Shown here one piece after another: positions 32,537 to 42,528 of a DNA stretch of 64,000 nt. The DNA comes from an uncultured Bacteroidota bacterium. Its GTDB lineage: Bacteria; Bacteroidota; Bacteroidia; Chitinophagales; LD1. The stretch covers positions 658 to 64,657 of the forward strand of contig CAIOTH010000046.1 in assembly GCA_903861145.1 (NCBI GenBank). Direction: 5' to 3'. The position numbers and the translations under genes are program-made. How positions within the stretch are numbered: the first letter of the stretch is position 1; every line of letters starts with the position of its first letter. The notes under the pieces were generated by a model. It had not been told where the DNA came from, ran no database searches, and saw only the letters and a list, made by a program, of their open reading frames with translations.

Positions 32537-32580
32537 TTTGCCCAATTACAAGCTAAAGGCGAAGCGATAATTTAAAATTT

Positions 32581-32632
32581 GAGCAGCGGGAGGCGAACCC
32601 CCCGGTTGCAAATAATACCCTCCCAACTGCTC
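32581..32632. terminator. stem-loop between convergent glpK and the YHYH gene
   Basis: GAGCAGCGGGAGG (32581-32593) pairs imperfectly with CCCTCCCAACTGCTC (32618-32632). There is no clear U-tract, so function is uncertain. Confidence 0.35.
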
Positions 32633-32659
32633 AGTATTAAAAGTTTAATCAGTGGTTAA

Positions 32660-33907
32660 TTACTGCTTTACAATACGCTTAACAACACTATTTGTGCCAT
32701 CGGTTAATCGCATCAGGTAAACACCCGATGAGTATTTTGTAAGGTCTACAGTGTAAGCAATTGTCGGTTGCATATATCCAAGGTCTTGCAACATGGCACC
32801 TTTCAAATCGTACAACTTAGCGGTAACATTGTTAATGCTGTTGTTGCCCATGTATATATAAACATAAGCCTCGGTTGGGTTTGGTACTACTTTAAAATCT
32901 ATTTCCTGGCCCAGCCCGGTAACACCGGTTGTAACCGAATCAACATAAACGGTAGTGGATACGGTTATAGTATTATGGCCGCCGCTGTTTGGGCCACCAC
33001 CGGTGTTGCCAGCCTGCACCACACCGTAATAAGAACCTGCACTGGTGTATGGGTAGGCGGGTGCAAGTGTGCTATCAAGCGTCATAAAGTAGGCATAAGT
33101 ACCTTGAGGATACTCAGGCGTAACACACCACCTTCCGTTAATCGAATCCAAATCACCTAATCCGGGTACATATTCCCAATCCCAAAGCAAGCAGCCCATA
33201 GCGTATTGGGTGCTAACTGCAGGCCCTGCGCTCGATGCTGTATTGCCCCAAGGGTCTTTAGTTCTTGATTGGTCAGCGCGTAAGCGGTATGACGATCTCA
33301 TTCTTTTTATACCACCGGTTCCATTGGTATCAGCATAACCATACGCGCCGTAAACCGGGTAACCATCAAACATGTAACCTATAATAGGCGAGTGGTGGGT
33401 ACTATCGGTTTGGTCGTACAAACATTTTGGGCTTACGTGATGGTGGTACTCGCCCTGTTGCTGCGGGTGGCCAATGCAATTGTCGAAGCTTGGGAATTCA
33501 AAAAAGTAACCATTGCGCGACCATACAGTATTTACAAACTGTGCATCATTAGCATTAAAAATGCTAACGCCATTGGTTAGCACCCCGATATGCCCCAACC
33601 CTATAGCGGTAGGGTTGCCCGTGTTTTTTTGAGGGGTAAGGGTTATTTTGTAAACAAAGTTTTGGTTCTCCGCTACGTTAGGGTTGCTCCATGGCCCAAT
33701 GCTGTAACCGGGTATGCAAAAGCAACTAACATACACATCGGTAGTTGAGTATTGAATTTTGATACAGTTAGATGGAATGTTGCCATAACCTCTATTGGCT
33801 GCTAAAGTGGTATCGGGGTTTTGAATCCACGATGTGATTGTTGGGCTAAGCTGCGCTTTACCAAAAAGGGCGCAAAACAGTAGTAATCCTAATAGTGCTT
33901 TTCTCAT
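32660..33907 (-). CDS. YHYH-domain secreted protein with T9SS C-terminal sorting domain
   Basis: Signal peptide, GEYHHHVSP (YHYH motif), and a C-terminal about 80 aa (VVPNPTEAYVYIYM...GVYLMRLTDGTNSVVKRIVKQ) typical of a Por secretion tail. Confidence 0.7.
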   Translation of the reverse strand: MRKALLGLLLFCALFGKAQLSPTITSWIQNPDTTLAANRGYGNIPSNCIKIQYSTTDVYVSCFCIPGYSIGPWSNPNVAENQNFVYKITLTPQKNTGNPTAIGLGHIGVLTNGVSIFNANDAQFVNTVWSRNGYFFEFPSFDNCIGHPQQQGEYHHHVSPKCLYDQTDSTHHSPIIGYMFDGYPVYGAYGYADTNGTGGIKRMRSSYRLRADQSRTKDPWGNTASSAGPAVSTQYAMGCLLWDWEYVPGLGDLDSINGRWCVTPEYPQGTYAYFMTLDSTLAPAYPYTSAGSYYGVVQAGNTGGGPNSGGHNTITVSTTVYVDSVTTGVTGLGQEIDFKVVPNPTEAYVYIYMGNNSINNVTAKLYDLKGAMLQDLGYMQPTIAYTVDLTKYSSGVYLMRLTDGTNSVVKRIVKQ

Positions 33908-34034
33908 ATCAAATGATTGGGTTTAATCGCTTTAAAGATGCGTAATTAAAGGTTAGACGCTGTAATCACTCTCAAACTTGCGCTCTACGGTAAAAAGCTT
34001 TGAGAGTTGGGGAAATCGGGAAAAGAAAATTAAT

Positions 34035-34055
34035 TTTCAATTTATTTTGAAAGTT
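34035..34055. promoter_or_regulatory. candidate operator, site 1: TTTCAA-N8-GAAAGTT
   Basis: TTTCAATTTATTTTGAAAGTT lies 42 nt upstream of the GbsR/MarR-like gene. A related site is at 34636-34656 (18/21 identical). Confidence 0.4.
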
Positions 34056-34096
34056 CGAAAACTGCTGCTTACCTTTACACTGTAATTGATGACACA

Positions 34097-34609
34097 ATGA
34101 AATTAGAAGAAGCCAAAAGAAACTTTGTTGAAGCCTGGGGCACCTTAGGCACCAACTGGGGCATTAATCGCACCATGGCTCAAATACATGCTTTGTTAAT
34201 GGTAAGCGAACAGCCTTTAAGCACCGATGAAATAATGGAGATTCTCGACATAAGCCGCGGCAACGCCAATATGAATACCCGCGCATTGATTGATTGGGGC
34301 TTAGCCGAGCGCAAAATAAAGTTGGGTGAAAGAATGGAGTTCTTCGTGGGCGAAAAGGACATTTGGAAGGTAGCCGTAAAAATAATACGCGAACGGCGTA
34401 AACGCGAAATTGATCCCCTGCGCGCAACCCTCCGCGATTTGAAAATGATTGACGATAAAGAAGACAAGAAAGAGGAGTATCAAAAGTTTATGAAGTTGCT
34501 GGATGACATTGATGGCTTTGCCGATTCAGCCGATAAGATTACCGACAAAATGGTGCTGGCAGACAAGAACTGGTTTTTTGGAACGATGATGAAATTGATG
34601 ATAAAGTAG
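34097..34609 (+). CDS. GbsR/MarR family transcriptional regulator
   Basis: FVEAWGTLGTNWGINRTMAQIHALLMVSEQPLSTDEIMEILDISRGNANMNTRALIDWGL is the GbsR-type winged-helix N-terminus. Confidence 0.7.
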   Translation: MKLEEAKRNFVEAWGTLGTNWGINRTMAQIHALLMVSEQPLSTDEIMEILDISRGNANMNTRALIDWGLAERKIKLGERMEFFVGEKDIWKVAVKIIRERRKREIDPLRATLRDLKMIDDKEDKKEEYQKFMKLLDDIDGFADSADKITDKMVLADKNWFFGTMMKLMIK

Positions 34610-34635
34610 CGCGAGCTATTTTTTTGCCAATATAG

Positions 34636-34656
34636 TTTCAATATTTTCTGAAAGTT
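34636..34656. promoter_or_regulatory. candidate operator, site 2: TTTCAA-N8-GAAAGTT
   Basis: TTTCAATATTTTCTGAAAGTT lies 14 nt upstream of the 34670 ORF. Confidence 0.4.
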
Positions 34657-34669
34657 AAATAAGAGAGGT

Positions 34670-35068
34670 ATGAAAACGAAAATCTTAAAATGGGATGTGA
34701 TGTTCCAGGAATTTATGATTGCGGCCAATATATTGTTTGTGGTGCTGGCCTTTCTGATTACTAAAGGCTTTTTCTTTTACATCCTCATAATGCAGTTTAT
34801 AGGTGGCGCCGCACAATTAACCGGTAGCGGTATACACCTGCGGCTACAACATAAAAGCCTCGGGTTTGCTTTTTGGAGAAGGCTACATTTTTATGGTTCA
34901 TTGATTTATTTGGCTACTGTGTTCATACTTTTCAGCAAATACAACGATGGCATGGTTTGGTTTATCATGTTTTTCCTTATCCCTCAAGTTATCTTTTACG
35001 CATATTTTTTTCTCTGCTTTAAGGAATTGCGCTTTTTACAAAGCCGCGAGTTCCATATTCTTCGCTAG
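34670..35068 (+). CDS. small polytopic membrane protein
   Basis: 132 aa with four hydrophobic segments. Confidence 0.4.
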   Translation: MKTKILKWDVMFQEFMIAANILFVVLAFLITKGFFFYILIMQFIGGAAQLTGSGIHLRLQHKSLGFAFWRRLHFYGSLIYLATVFILFSKYNDGMVWFIMFFLIPQVIFYAYFFLCFKELRFLQSREFHILR

Positions 35069-35102
35069 TGAAATTATTGCCGCATAGTTTAAAACATATA
35101 GT

Positions 35103-35936
35103 ATGGAAACCCTCAAAACAAAAACACTGGTTTACGATGAAAATTGCCCCATGTGCACCTGGTATATCAGCAAAATGGTAAACACAGGAATGATTGAAAA
35201 AAACGGACGCGTGCCATTTGAGCAATTGGATATAGATAATCAATGCCGGCTTGATTTAAAACGTGCACGCCATGAAATACCGATGATAGACCAAACCACC
35301 GGTGTAGTGCTTTATGGTTTAGACGCCCTTACCGTAGTTTTCGCAAACAGTTATCCCGTTTTAAAACCTCTTATTAACCGCAATTGGTTCAAAGCAGTGT
35401 TGAAACCACTCTATTATTTTATCAGTTATAATCGCCGCATTATTGCCGGTGGTGCACCGGAACGGCCCGGCACTTTTAGCTTTGCACCCGATTTTAATTT
35501 GGGTTGGCGCCTGGCCTTAATTGCCGTAGGTTTCGGCTACACGGCCCTCTGTATTTATGTTTTTGCCCTGCTCATGGCGCTTAGCCCGGTATTGTTACTT
35601 AGTTGTGTAACACTTTATTTTTTATTGCTGCTTGGTTTTGATTTGAACGGCAATAAAACCCGCGAAAGCCAATGGGATTACCTGGCGCATCTCGCAGTAC
35701 TTGGTTTTATTGAAGGAACTTTATTTGTAATAACTGCATTGTTGGCCAGGTTAACCGGCCTTACCGGTTTAATGTTTGCAGGCCAGGGTGCCGGTCGCTT
35801 GTTCGCCATTTGGCTTCACGCTAAAAGGGTAAAGAATAACCGTTATGCGAAAAGCTTAAATTACGCCTTTGCATTTGGGGCTATTGCTTTGGTGGTGTTA
35901 ATCGCCGTTTTTAAAAATCAAAATTTGCATGTATGA
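35103..35936 (+). CDS. DCC1-like thiol-disulfide oxidoreductase (DUF393) fused to a membrane domain
   Basis: N-terminal VYDENCPMCTWY (CxxC of the DCC family). The C-terminal half is hydrophobic. Confidence 0.7.
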   Translation: METLKTKTLVYDENCPMCTWYISKMVNTGMIEKNGRVPFEQLDIDNQCRLDLKRARHEIPMIDQTTGVVLYGLDALTVVFANSYPVLKPLINRNWFKAVLKPLYYFISYNRRIIAGGAPERPGTFSFAPDFNLGWRLALIAVGFGYTALCIYVFALLMALSPVLLLSCVTLYFLLLLGFDLNGNKTRESQWDYLAHLAVLGFIEGTLFVITALLARLTGLTGLMFAGQGAGRLFAIWLHAKRVKNNRYAKSLNYAFAFGAIALVVLIAVFKNQNLHV

Positions 35937-36850
35937 AAAAGAAAATAGTGTTAGCAGGTGGCACCGGTTTTATCGGAAGAGGCATTATCCAATACTTCGG
36001 GCAAGCAGATTTTGATTTTGTAATACTAACCCGCAACCCCCAAAAGCGTGATGATGGCGTGAAGGAAGTGCTTTGGGATGCAAAAACCCTCGGCCCATGG
36101 ACCAACGAACTTGAAGGCGCCGAAGCACTGATAAACCTGACCGGAAAAAGCGTAAACTGTCGCTATACCGAAGCCAACAAACACGAAATAATTGAGTCGA
36201 GAACACATAGCACCGGTATATTAGGTACTGCGTTACTGCAACTTAAACAAGCACCAAAGGTCTGGCTTAATTCATCATCAGCCACAGTTTATCGTTATTC
36301 CGAGGATAGAAATATGGACGAATTAACCGGTGAGTTGGGTAATGATTTTTCGCCCGGTGTTGTTAAGGCCTGGGAAAAATCTTTTAACGATGTTCCGCTA
36401 CCGGCTACAAGTAAATTTGCTTTGCGCATATCTATTGTACTTGGCAAAGGTGATGGCGTAATGCCCCGCTTAATTAACCTGGTTCGTTTTGGTTTGGGTG
36501 GCAAGCAAGGTAATGGGGCGCAATTTTTTAGTTGGATACATGAAGATGACTTGTATCGCATAATGTTATGGTGTATCAACAATCCCGATAAACAAGGAGT
36601 TTATAATTGCTGTGTTCCTAATCCTGTCACTAACTCATATTTAATGCGCAGTATGCGCCGGGTTATGGGCATGCCTTTTGGCCTGCCGGCTTCGGAATCG
36701 ATGCTGTTTGTTGGAGCTATGATAATTGGTACCGAAACAGAATTGATTTTAAAAAGCCGAAGAGTAGTTCCCACCAATTTGCTTCGCCAGGGATTTGTTT
36801 TCACTTACCCCGAAATTAATTCTGCCCTTAAAAACCTGTTTTCTGCCTGA
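35933..36850 (+). CDS. TIGR01777/YfcH-type SDR epimerase-family protein (DUF1731 C-terminus)
   Basis: VLAGGTGFIGR Rossmann motif and C-terminal RRVVPTNLLRQGFVFTYPEINSALKNL. ATGA overlap with the upstream gene. Confidence 0.8.
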   Translation: MKKKIVLAGGTGFIGRGIIQYFGQADFDFVILTRNPQKRDDGVKEVLWDAKTLGPWTNELEGAEALINLTGKSVNCRYTEANKHEIIESRTHSTGILGTALLQLKQAPKVWLNSSSATVYRYSEDRNMDELTGELGNDFSPGVVKAWEKSFNDVPLPATSKFALRISIVLGKGDGVMPRLINLVRFGLGGKQGNGAQFFSWIHEDDLYRIMLWCINNPDKQGVYNCCVPNPVTNSYLMRSMRRVMGMPFGLPASESMLFVGAMIIGTETELILKSRRVVPTNLLRQGFVFTYPEINSALKNLFSA

Positions 36851-36894
36851 GTTTTTGGTAGTGGCATTTAACATGGTTAACTTTAAGGAGTATT

Positions 36895-37668
36895 ATGGTA
36901 AATCCGTTCCTGCTTTCGGCGCTTTGTATTTTTTGCTTTATGTGTTGCATGTTTGTTATTGCGCAGGTAAAAAGGGATAACAGCATTGTTGATATAGGCT
37001 GGGGTATCGGCTTCATTATTGTGGCACTGGTTACTTTTTTTTATTTTGGTTACGACAGGCGTTCGCAAAAGCTGGTAACTTTTATAACCTGTATTTGGGG
37101 TACGCGTCTTGCTGCTTATATTTTAATTAGAAATTGGGGTAAGCCCGAAGATTTCAGGTACGCCCAATGGCGAAAAGATTGGGGTAAAAATGTAATCGTC
37201 CGCTCTTTCTTCCAGGTGTTTATGCTGCAGGGGGTAATTATGTTTATCAATACTCTGCCCATCGTAATTGTTAACTCTTCACCCCATTTGCTTTATCCTC
37301 ATTTACGCTGGTTATATCCTGTGGGCGCCGCATTAGGCCTGGTTGGTTTTTTATTTGAAGCCATTGGCGATTGGCAGATGTTTATGTTTAAAACCGATAG
37401 GCATAAACATGGTATTATGAATACCGGCTTATGGAGATATACCCGTCACCCCAACTATTTTGGCGAGGCGGTGCAGTGGTGGGCTATGTTTGCTTTGGCT
37501 ATTCCTTCGGGCTTGTGGTATGAATCAATCCTTGCACCGGTTGTAATAACTTTTCTGCTTCTCCGCGTATCGGGGGTAACTTTACTGGAAAAGAAATATG
37601 ACGGGAATGATGCGTACACCATCTACAAGCGAAATACCAGTTCATTTATACCTTGGTTTCCGAAGTAG
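36895..37668 (+). CDS. DUF1295 membrane protein (steroid 5-alpha-reductase / ICMT-like fold)
   Basis: Polytopic, with TGLWRYTRHPNYFGEAVQWW, the DUF1295 signature. Confidence 0.75.
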   Translation: MVNPFLLSALCIFCFMCCMFVIAQVKRDNSIVDIGWGIGFIIVALVTFFYFGYDRRSQKLVTFITCIWGTRLAAYILIRNWGKPEDFRYAQWRKDWGKNVIVRSFFQVFMLQGVIMFINTLPIVIVNSSPHLLYPHLRWLYPVGAALGLVGFLFEAIGDWQMFMFKTDRHKHGIMNTGLWRYTRHPNYFGEAVQWWAMFALAIPSGLWYESILAPVVITFLLLRVSGVTLLEKKYDGNDAYTIYKRNTSSFIPWFPK

Positions 37669-38184
37669 TGAGCGATGCTTGTCCTAACGTTCTTACCTAC
37701 AGCTGACACTGCCTGCAAGGTCGTAACTGAAGTTACAACTTCAAAAATTAAAGTGCCTATTTAGGTTGCACTTTTTGTTGGTACTCAACCTGCTTTTTAT
37801 TCATCGCTTCGCACATTCTGCCGTTTAGCAATACGAAACCGATTAAAATAACGCAGAAAACTACCAGCATCAAATTCATACTTGTGTCAGTTTTCATCTG
37901 GGGGAGGTTTTAAATAAATAACAATCTCTTTTTTCTTTAACGCAGCGGATAAAACAATGTTGTCTTTTTTGGTTGTTTTAACCCCTCCATTATCACTAAA
38001 TTATTAACGATAATGGTGCCAACTATTAATGTAATATCAACAGCATGTTTCCTTAACATTGCAACTGACAATAAAGCATTGTTTTTCAATAGCTTAGGGC
38101 AAAAAAGTTACCCACATCAATTTTTTGTAATAAAATTGAAATTCAGGCTATTGTAGAGTATTATTTACAACTGGCTTTTAAATA

Positions 38185-39450
38185 CTATACAATTTTAACA
38201 TAGCCCGTATAGGGCTGTAGTGCGGTCGGTATATTAATTCCATCATTGGTTTGATGATTTTCAAGTAATGAAGCAACAATACGTGGTAGGGCCAAAGCGC
38301 TTCCGTTTAAAGTATGCACGAGGCGTGTTTTCTTCTGTTCATCACGGAACCTTACTTTCATTCGGTTGCTCTGAAAGGTCTCAAAATTAGATACTGAACT
38401 TACTTCCAGCCAGCGTTTTTGTGCGGCACTGTACACCTCAAAATCATAGGTAAGCGCAGAACCAAAACTCATATCTCCACCACATAATCTAAGTATTCGA
38501 TAGGGCAATTCAAGTTTTTGAAGTAACCCTTCAACATGTTTAACCATTTCATCTAAAACATCATAGCTCTTTTCGGGATGTGCTATTTGAACTATTTCCA
38601 CCTTTTCAAACTGGTGTACCCGGTTTAAACCCCTAACATCTTTACCATAACTACCGGCTTCCCTTCTAAAGCATGGCGAGTGTGCAACAAATTTTTTGGG
38701 CAAGGCATCTACTATTTCATCGCGCACTATATTGGTAACCGGTACCTCGGCAGTGGGTATCATATAAAACTGGTCGAGGCCGATGTAGTACATTTGCCCT
38801 TCTTTATCAGGCAATTGCCCGGTACCAAAAGCAGATTCAGCATTAACCATGTGGGGTGGAATTACTTCCAGGTAACCCGCGCCAATGGCGTGGTCTAAAA
38901 AGAATGCAACCAAAGCACGTTGTAACTTGGCTCCCTTACCCTTATACACCGGGAAACCGGCACCGGTTATTTTAACTCCCAACTCAAGGTCGAACAGGTC
39001 GTATTTTTTTGCCAAATCCCAATGCGGCACAGCGGTTTCAGGTAAGGTAGGTATTTCACCAACCTGTTTTACTACCACGTTATCTTCGGGTGTTTTACCG
39101 GCCGGCACCAATTTGCTTGGCGTATTTGGTATACGAACCAAAATATCTTTCAGTTCTTCTTCACATTTTGCCAATTCGGCCTCCAGTTCTTTACTTTTTT
39201 CTTTTAACGAAGCACTGTCATTTTTACGGCTTTCGGCTTCTGCCTTTTTGCCCTGCTTAAACAACTCACCAATCTCTTTGGCAATAATGTTTTGCTTATT
39301 CAGATTATCATCTAAAGTTAGTTGTATTGAGCGGCGCTTACCATCTACTGTTATAGCGTCATCCACAAGGTGTAAATCCTTAAAGTTTTTTACCGCCAGC
39401 CGGCTTTTTACTTCTTCCGCATTATTTCTAATAGTCGCAATTTCAAGCAT
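38185..39450 (-). CDS. serS: serine--tRNA ligase
   Basis: N-terminal coiled-coil arm, FRREAGSYGKDVRGLNRVHQFEKVE (motif 2) and HTLNGSALALPR (motif 3). Confidence 0.95.
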   Translation of the reverse strand: MLEIATIRNNAEEVKSRLAVKNFKDLHLVDDAITVDGKRRSIQLTLDDNLNKQNIIAKEIGELFKQGKKAEAESRKNDSASLKEKSKELEAELAKCEEELKDILVRIPNTPSKLVPAGKTPEDNVVVKQVGEIPTLPETAVPHWDLAKKYDLFDLELGVKITGAGFPVYKGKGAKLQRALVAFFLDHAIGAGYLEVIPPHMVNAESAFGTGQLPDKEGQMYYIGLDQFYMIPTAEVPVTNIVRDEIVDALPKKFVAHSPCFRREAGSYGKDVRGLNRVHQFEKVEIVQIAHPEKSYDVLDEMVKHVEGLLQKLELPYRILRLCGGDMSFGSALTYDFEVYSAAQKRWLEVSSVSNFETFQSNRMKVRFRDEQKKTRLVHTLNGSALALPRIVASLLENHQTNDGINIPTALQPYTGYVKIV

Positions 39451-39720
39451 CTTATCTTAATTTAAGACTGCGAAGATAAAATTTGGCTTTAACAGATTAA
39501 CCGAAAAAAATTTGGTGATTCAGAAACTTTACCTAACATTGCAACGTTATCTGTTGTAATTCCCACAGTAGTTAGTTATATCCAACTGGCGCATACTGTT
39601 CAAAAAATCCCGAATCGCAAATAAGTTTTCCCGAAGAACACCCAACGTGTTTTTTAGCTATACATGAATTTTTTTCGAAAACATACTATCTAATTTAAAC
39701 TTACGCAAATCATTTAAAGC

Positions 39721-41430
39721 ATGTACGATATTCTCCAACTGAACGACATGATCGTTCCCGAATTAAGGGAAATTGCTGAAAAGCTAAAAGTCAAGGCTTC
39801 CGAAAAAATGGAAAAGCAGGATTTAATCCTAAAAATTCTCGATGCCCAGGCCCTCAACCCAGCGGTGCAAGAAGAAGCCCACAAAGCAAAAGACAAGGCT
39901 AAAAAACCAAGAACACGCAAACCCATCGACCCTGAATTGAAGACTAAAAAAGATGGGGACGAAGAGGAAACAACTCCTCCGGCGGAAGGTGAAGAGGAAG
40001 TGCAAAAATCGGCCGTTGAGTTGAGGCAAGGCAAACCAGAGGACAGGACAGAAGAACGTCGCCAAGGGCCGCAGCACGAAGAACGTAGGCAACCACAAAA
40101 TGAAGAGCGCCGTCAACCGCAAAATGAAGAACGCCGCCAACATAATAATCCCCGTCATCAACAAACCGATCATAACAGGGCCGACCAAATAACTCAGCCG
40201 GTGGCTGATGGCGAAGGAAACGGGAACGGAAATGGTGGTAATGAAGAGACCCCAAGAGATGAAAATCAGGCTAGAGAAGACCAGTACCGCAGAGGCAATA
40301 TTTTTAGTGTAGAATCTGACGCCATTATTGAAGGCGAAGGTGTACTTGAAATGATGCCCGATGGCTATGGTTTCTTGCGCTCGTCTGATTACAGTTATCT
40401 ATCATCACCCGATGATATTTACGTTTCGCCATCGCAAATAAAACTTTTTGGTTTAAAAACAGGCGATACTGTAAAAGGGTACATCCGCCCTCCAAAGTCG
40501 GGCGAAAAATATTTTGCCTTACTGAAGGTTGATACTCTAAATGGCCGTTCGCCAGAAGAGGTGCGTGACCGCGTATCTTTTGATTATTTGACTCCGCTTT
40601 TCCCACACGAGAAGTTGAATCTTTTTACACACCCAAGCAATTTAACTACCCGTATTATAGATTTGTTTACCCCCATCGGTAAAGGCCAAAGAGGTATGAT
40701 TGTATCTCAGCCTAAAACCGGGAAAACAACTATTCTTAAGGAAATAGCGAATGCGATTGCCAAGAATCACCCGGAGGTTTACCTAATCGTTTTACTGATT
40801 GATGAGCGCCCTGAGGAAGTAACAGATATGGAAAGAAGCGTGAATGGGGAAGTAATTGCCTCAACCTTCGATGAGCCGGCCGAAAAACACGTAAAGGTTA
40901 CCAATATAGTTTTACAGAAAGCCAAGAGATTGGTTGAATGTGGACACGATGTTGTGATACTATTAGATTCTATTACTCGTTTAGCACGTGCATACAACAC
41001 CGTAGCACCGTCTTCAGGTAAGGTATTATCAGGTGGTGTTGAGGCTAACGCTATGCAAAAACCTAAACAGTTCTTTGGTGCTGCACGTAAAATTGAAAAC
41101 GGTGGTTCATTAACTATTCTTGCCACTGCATTGATTGACACGGGTTCTAAAATGGACGAAGTTATCTTTGAAGAATTCAAAGGTACCGGTAACATGGAGT
41201 TACAATTGGACCGTAAATTGTCTAACCGCCGTATTTATCCGGCTATCGATATCGTATCATCATCGACCCGTCGCGATGACCTGTTATTGGATAAGGATGT
41301 TTTACAGCGTATGTGGATTTTAAGAAACCACACCGCTGATATGACTTCGGAAGAAGCCATGAACTTCCTGATTGGCCAAATGAAAGGCACTAAGACCAAC
41401 GAAGAGTTTTTAGTGGCTATGAATAGCTAA
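39721..41430 (+). CDS. rho: transcription termination factor Rho with long N-terminal insertion domain
   Basis: Rho_N ([18 protein letters not shown]), an insertion of about 160 aa rich in K/E/R/Q/N, a CSD-like domain ([15 protein letters not shown]), Walker A (SQPKTGKTT), and the C-terminal RRIYPAIDI motif. Confidence 0.95.
   Translation: MYDILQLNDMIVPELREIAEKLKVKASEKMEKQDLILKILDAQALNPAVQEEAHKAKDKAKKPRTRKPIDPELKTKKDGDEEETTPPAEGEEEVQKSAVELRQGKPEDRTEERRQGPQHEERRQPQNEERRQPQNEERRQHNNPRHQQTDHNRADQITQPVADGEGNGNGNGGNEETPRDENQAREDQYRRGNIFSVESDAIIEGEGVLEMMPDGYGFLRSSDYSYLSSPDDIYVSPSQIKLFGLKTGDTVKGYIRPPKSGEKYFALLKVDTLNGRSPEEVRDRVSFDYLTPLFPHEKLNLFTHPSNLTTRIIDLFTPIGKGQRGMIVSQPKTGKTTILKEIANAIAKNHPEVYLIVLLIDERPEEVTDMERSVNGEVIASTFDEPAEKHVKVTNIVLQKAKRLVECGHDVVILLDSITRLARAYNTVAPSSGKVLSGGVEANAMQKPKQFFGAARKIENGGSLTILATALIDTGSKMDEVIFEEFKGTGNMELQLDRKLSNRRIYPAIDIVSSSTRRDDLLLDKDVLQRMWILRNHTADMTSEEAMNFLIGQMKGTKTNEEFLVAMNS
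40051..40149 (+). repeat. four tandem 24-27-nt repeats encoding EERRQ(P/G)(P)Q(N/H) inside the rho insertion
   Basis: GAAGAACGTCGCCAAGGGCCGCAGCAC, GAAGAACGTAGGCAACCACAAAAT, GAAGAGCGCCGTCAACCGCAAAAT and GAAGAACGCCGCCAACATAATAAT. Confidence 0.85.
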
Positions 41431-41515
41431 CATAGGGCAAGAACCAGTTAATACATCATCACGCGAATTATTATCTTGCTGTCCCCCGCTTGTATCATCA
41501 GCGCGACCGTAAATC

Positions 41516-42448
41516 ATGAAGCGTCCAAAAGTCAGTGTTAGCTTAATTACTTACAATCACGAAAAGTATATTTCTGCTTGTCTCGACTCAGTAGTTAATC
41601 AAATTGTTGGTTTTGACTTAGAAATAGTAGTATCAGACGACTGCTCCACCGATGGCACCGCCGAAATAGTTTCGGATTATGCAGTTAGATACCCCGGGCT
41701 TATAAGGCCAATTTTAAGAAAACAGAATCTGGGACTGGTAAAAAATGCTGTTAGCACCATTGAGTCGTGTACGGGCGAATACATTGCGCTTATGGAGGGC
41801 GATGATTTTTGGATTGATAGCAATAAACTACAGGTACAGGCTGATTATTTAGATAATAATGCCGATTGCGCATTTTGCTTTACAAATAATTATACCTTTT
41901 TAGAGGAAGATCCGGGCACAATGAAGCTCTTTTTTACCGACCAGAATAAGCCCCCTCAAAAATTTGACCTCGATTTTTTTATTGAGCACAACACCATTAT
42001 TCCAAACAACACCAAGATGTTTCGCCGTGAAGTTCAACAGGCCACTTTTCCCGATTGGTATTATAGTTGCCTTAACTGGGATTGGGTACTACACATTATG
42101 CAATCCTTGCACGGCAAAATGGGTTATATTGACATCGTAACGCTGGCATATCGCCGTCATCCTGGAGCCGTTTTTATGTCTAAAGACAGGATAAGGGTTT
42201 TATTAAATGGCATTAATACGGCCATGGCAATAAATAAACACCTTGATTTTAAATACAACAACCGGTTTGGAAATTTATGGTGGGAGTATCGTGAACTGGC
42301 ATTTGTATATTTGGAAAATGGAGAGGTGAGAAATTTTGTAAAATATTATTTGAAGCATATCGCCTCAATAAAAAAATTCGAACAATTCAAATTGAAAGAC
42401 GACTTTTGGCTGTTAAGGAAAAATCTTTTTGGGGGAAGGAATAAGTAA
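41516..42448 (+). CDS. family 2 glycosyltransferase
   Basis: VSVSLITYNHEKYI...SDDCSTDGT...GDDFW (the DxD-like block of GT2). Confidence 0.8.
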   Translation: MKRPKVSVSLITYNHEKYISACLDSVVNQIVGFDLEIVVSDDCSTDGTAEIVSDYAVRYPGLIRPILRKQNLGLVKNAVSTIESCTGEYIALMEGDDFWIDSNKLQVQADYLDNNADCAFCFTNNYTFLEEDPGTMKLFFTDQNKPPQKFDLDFFIEHNTIIPNNTKMFRREVQQATFPDWYYSCLNWDWVLHIMQSLHGKMGYIDIVTLAYRRHPGAVFMSKDRIRVLLNGINTAMAINKHLDFKYNNRFGNLWWEYRELAFVYLENGEVRNFVKYYLKHIASIKKFEQFKLKDDFWLLRKNLFGGRNK

Positions 42449-42528
42449 TAAAGCCGAAGATTGCAAATGTGAACACAGAATGATAACAATTTTGACGCGG
42501 AAAAGTCGAAGCAAACAAGAGCTCTGTT

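Noticed and set aside
39714-40255. Three minus-strand ORFs opposite the rho insertion region
   Set aside because: They are artefacts of the purine-rich repetitive rho insertion domain. Rho itself is unambiguous on the plus strand.
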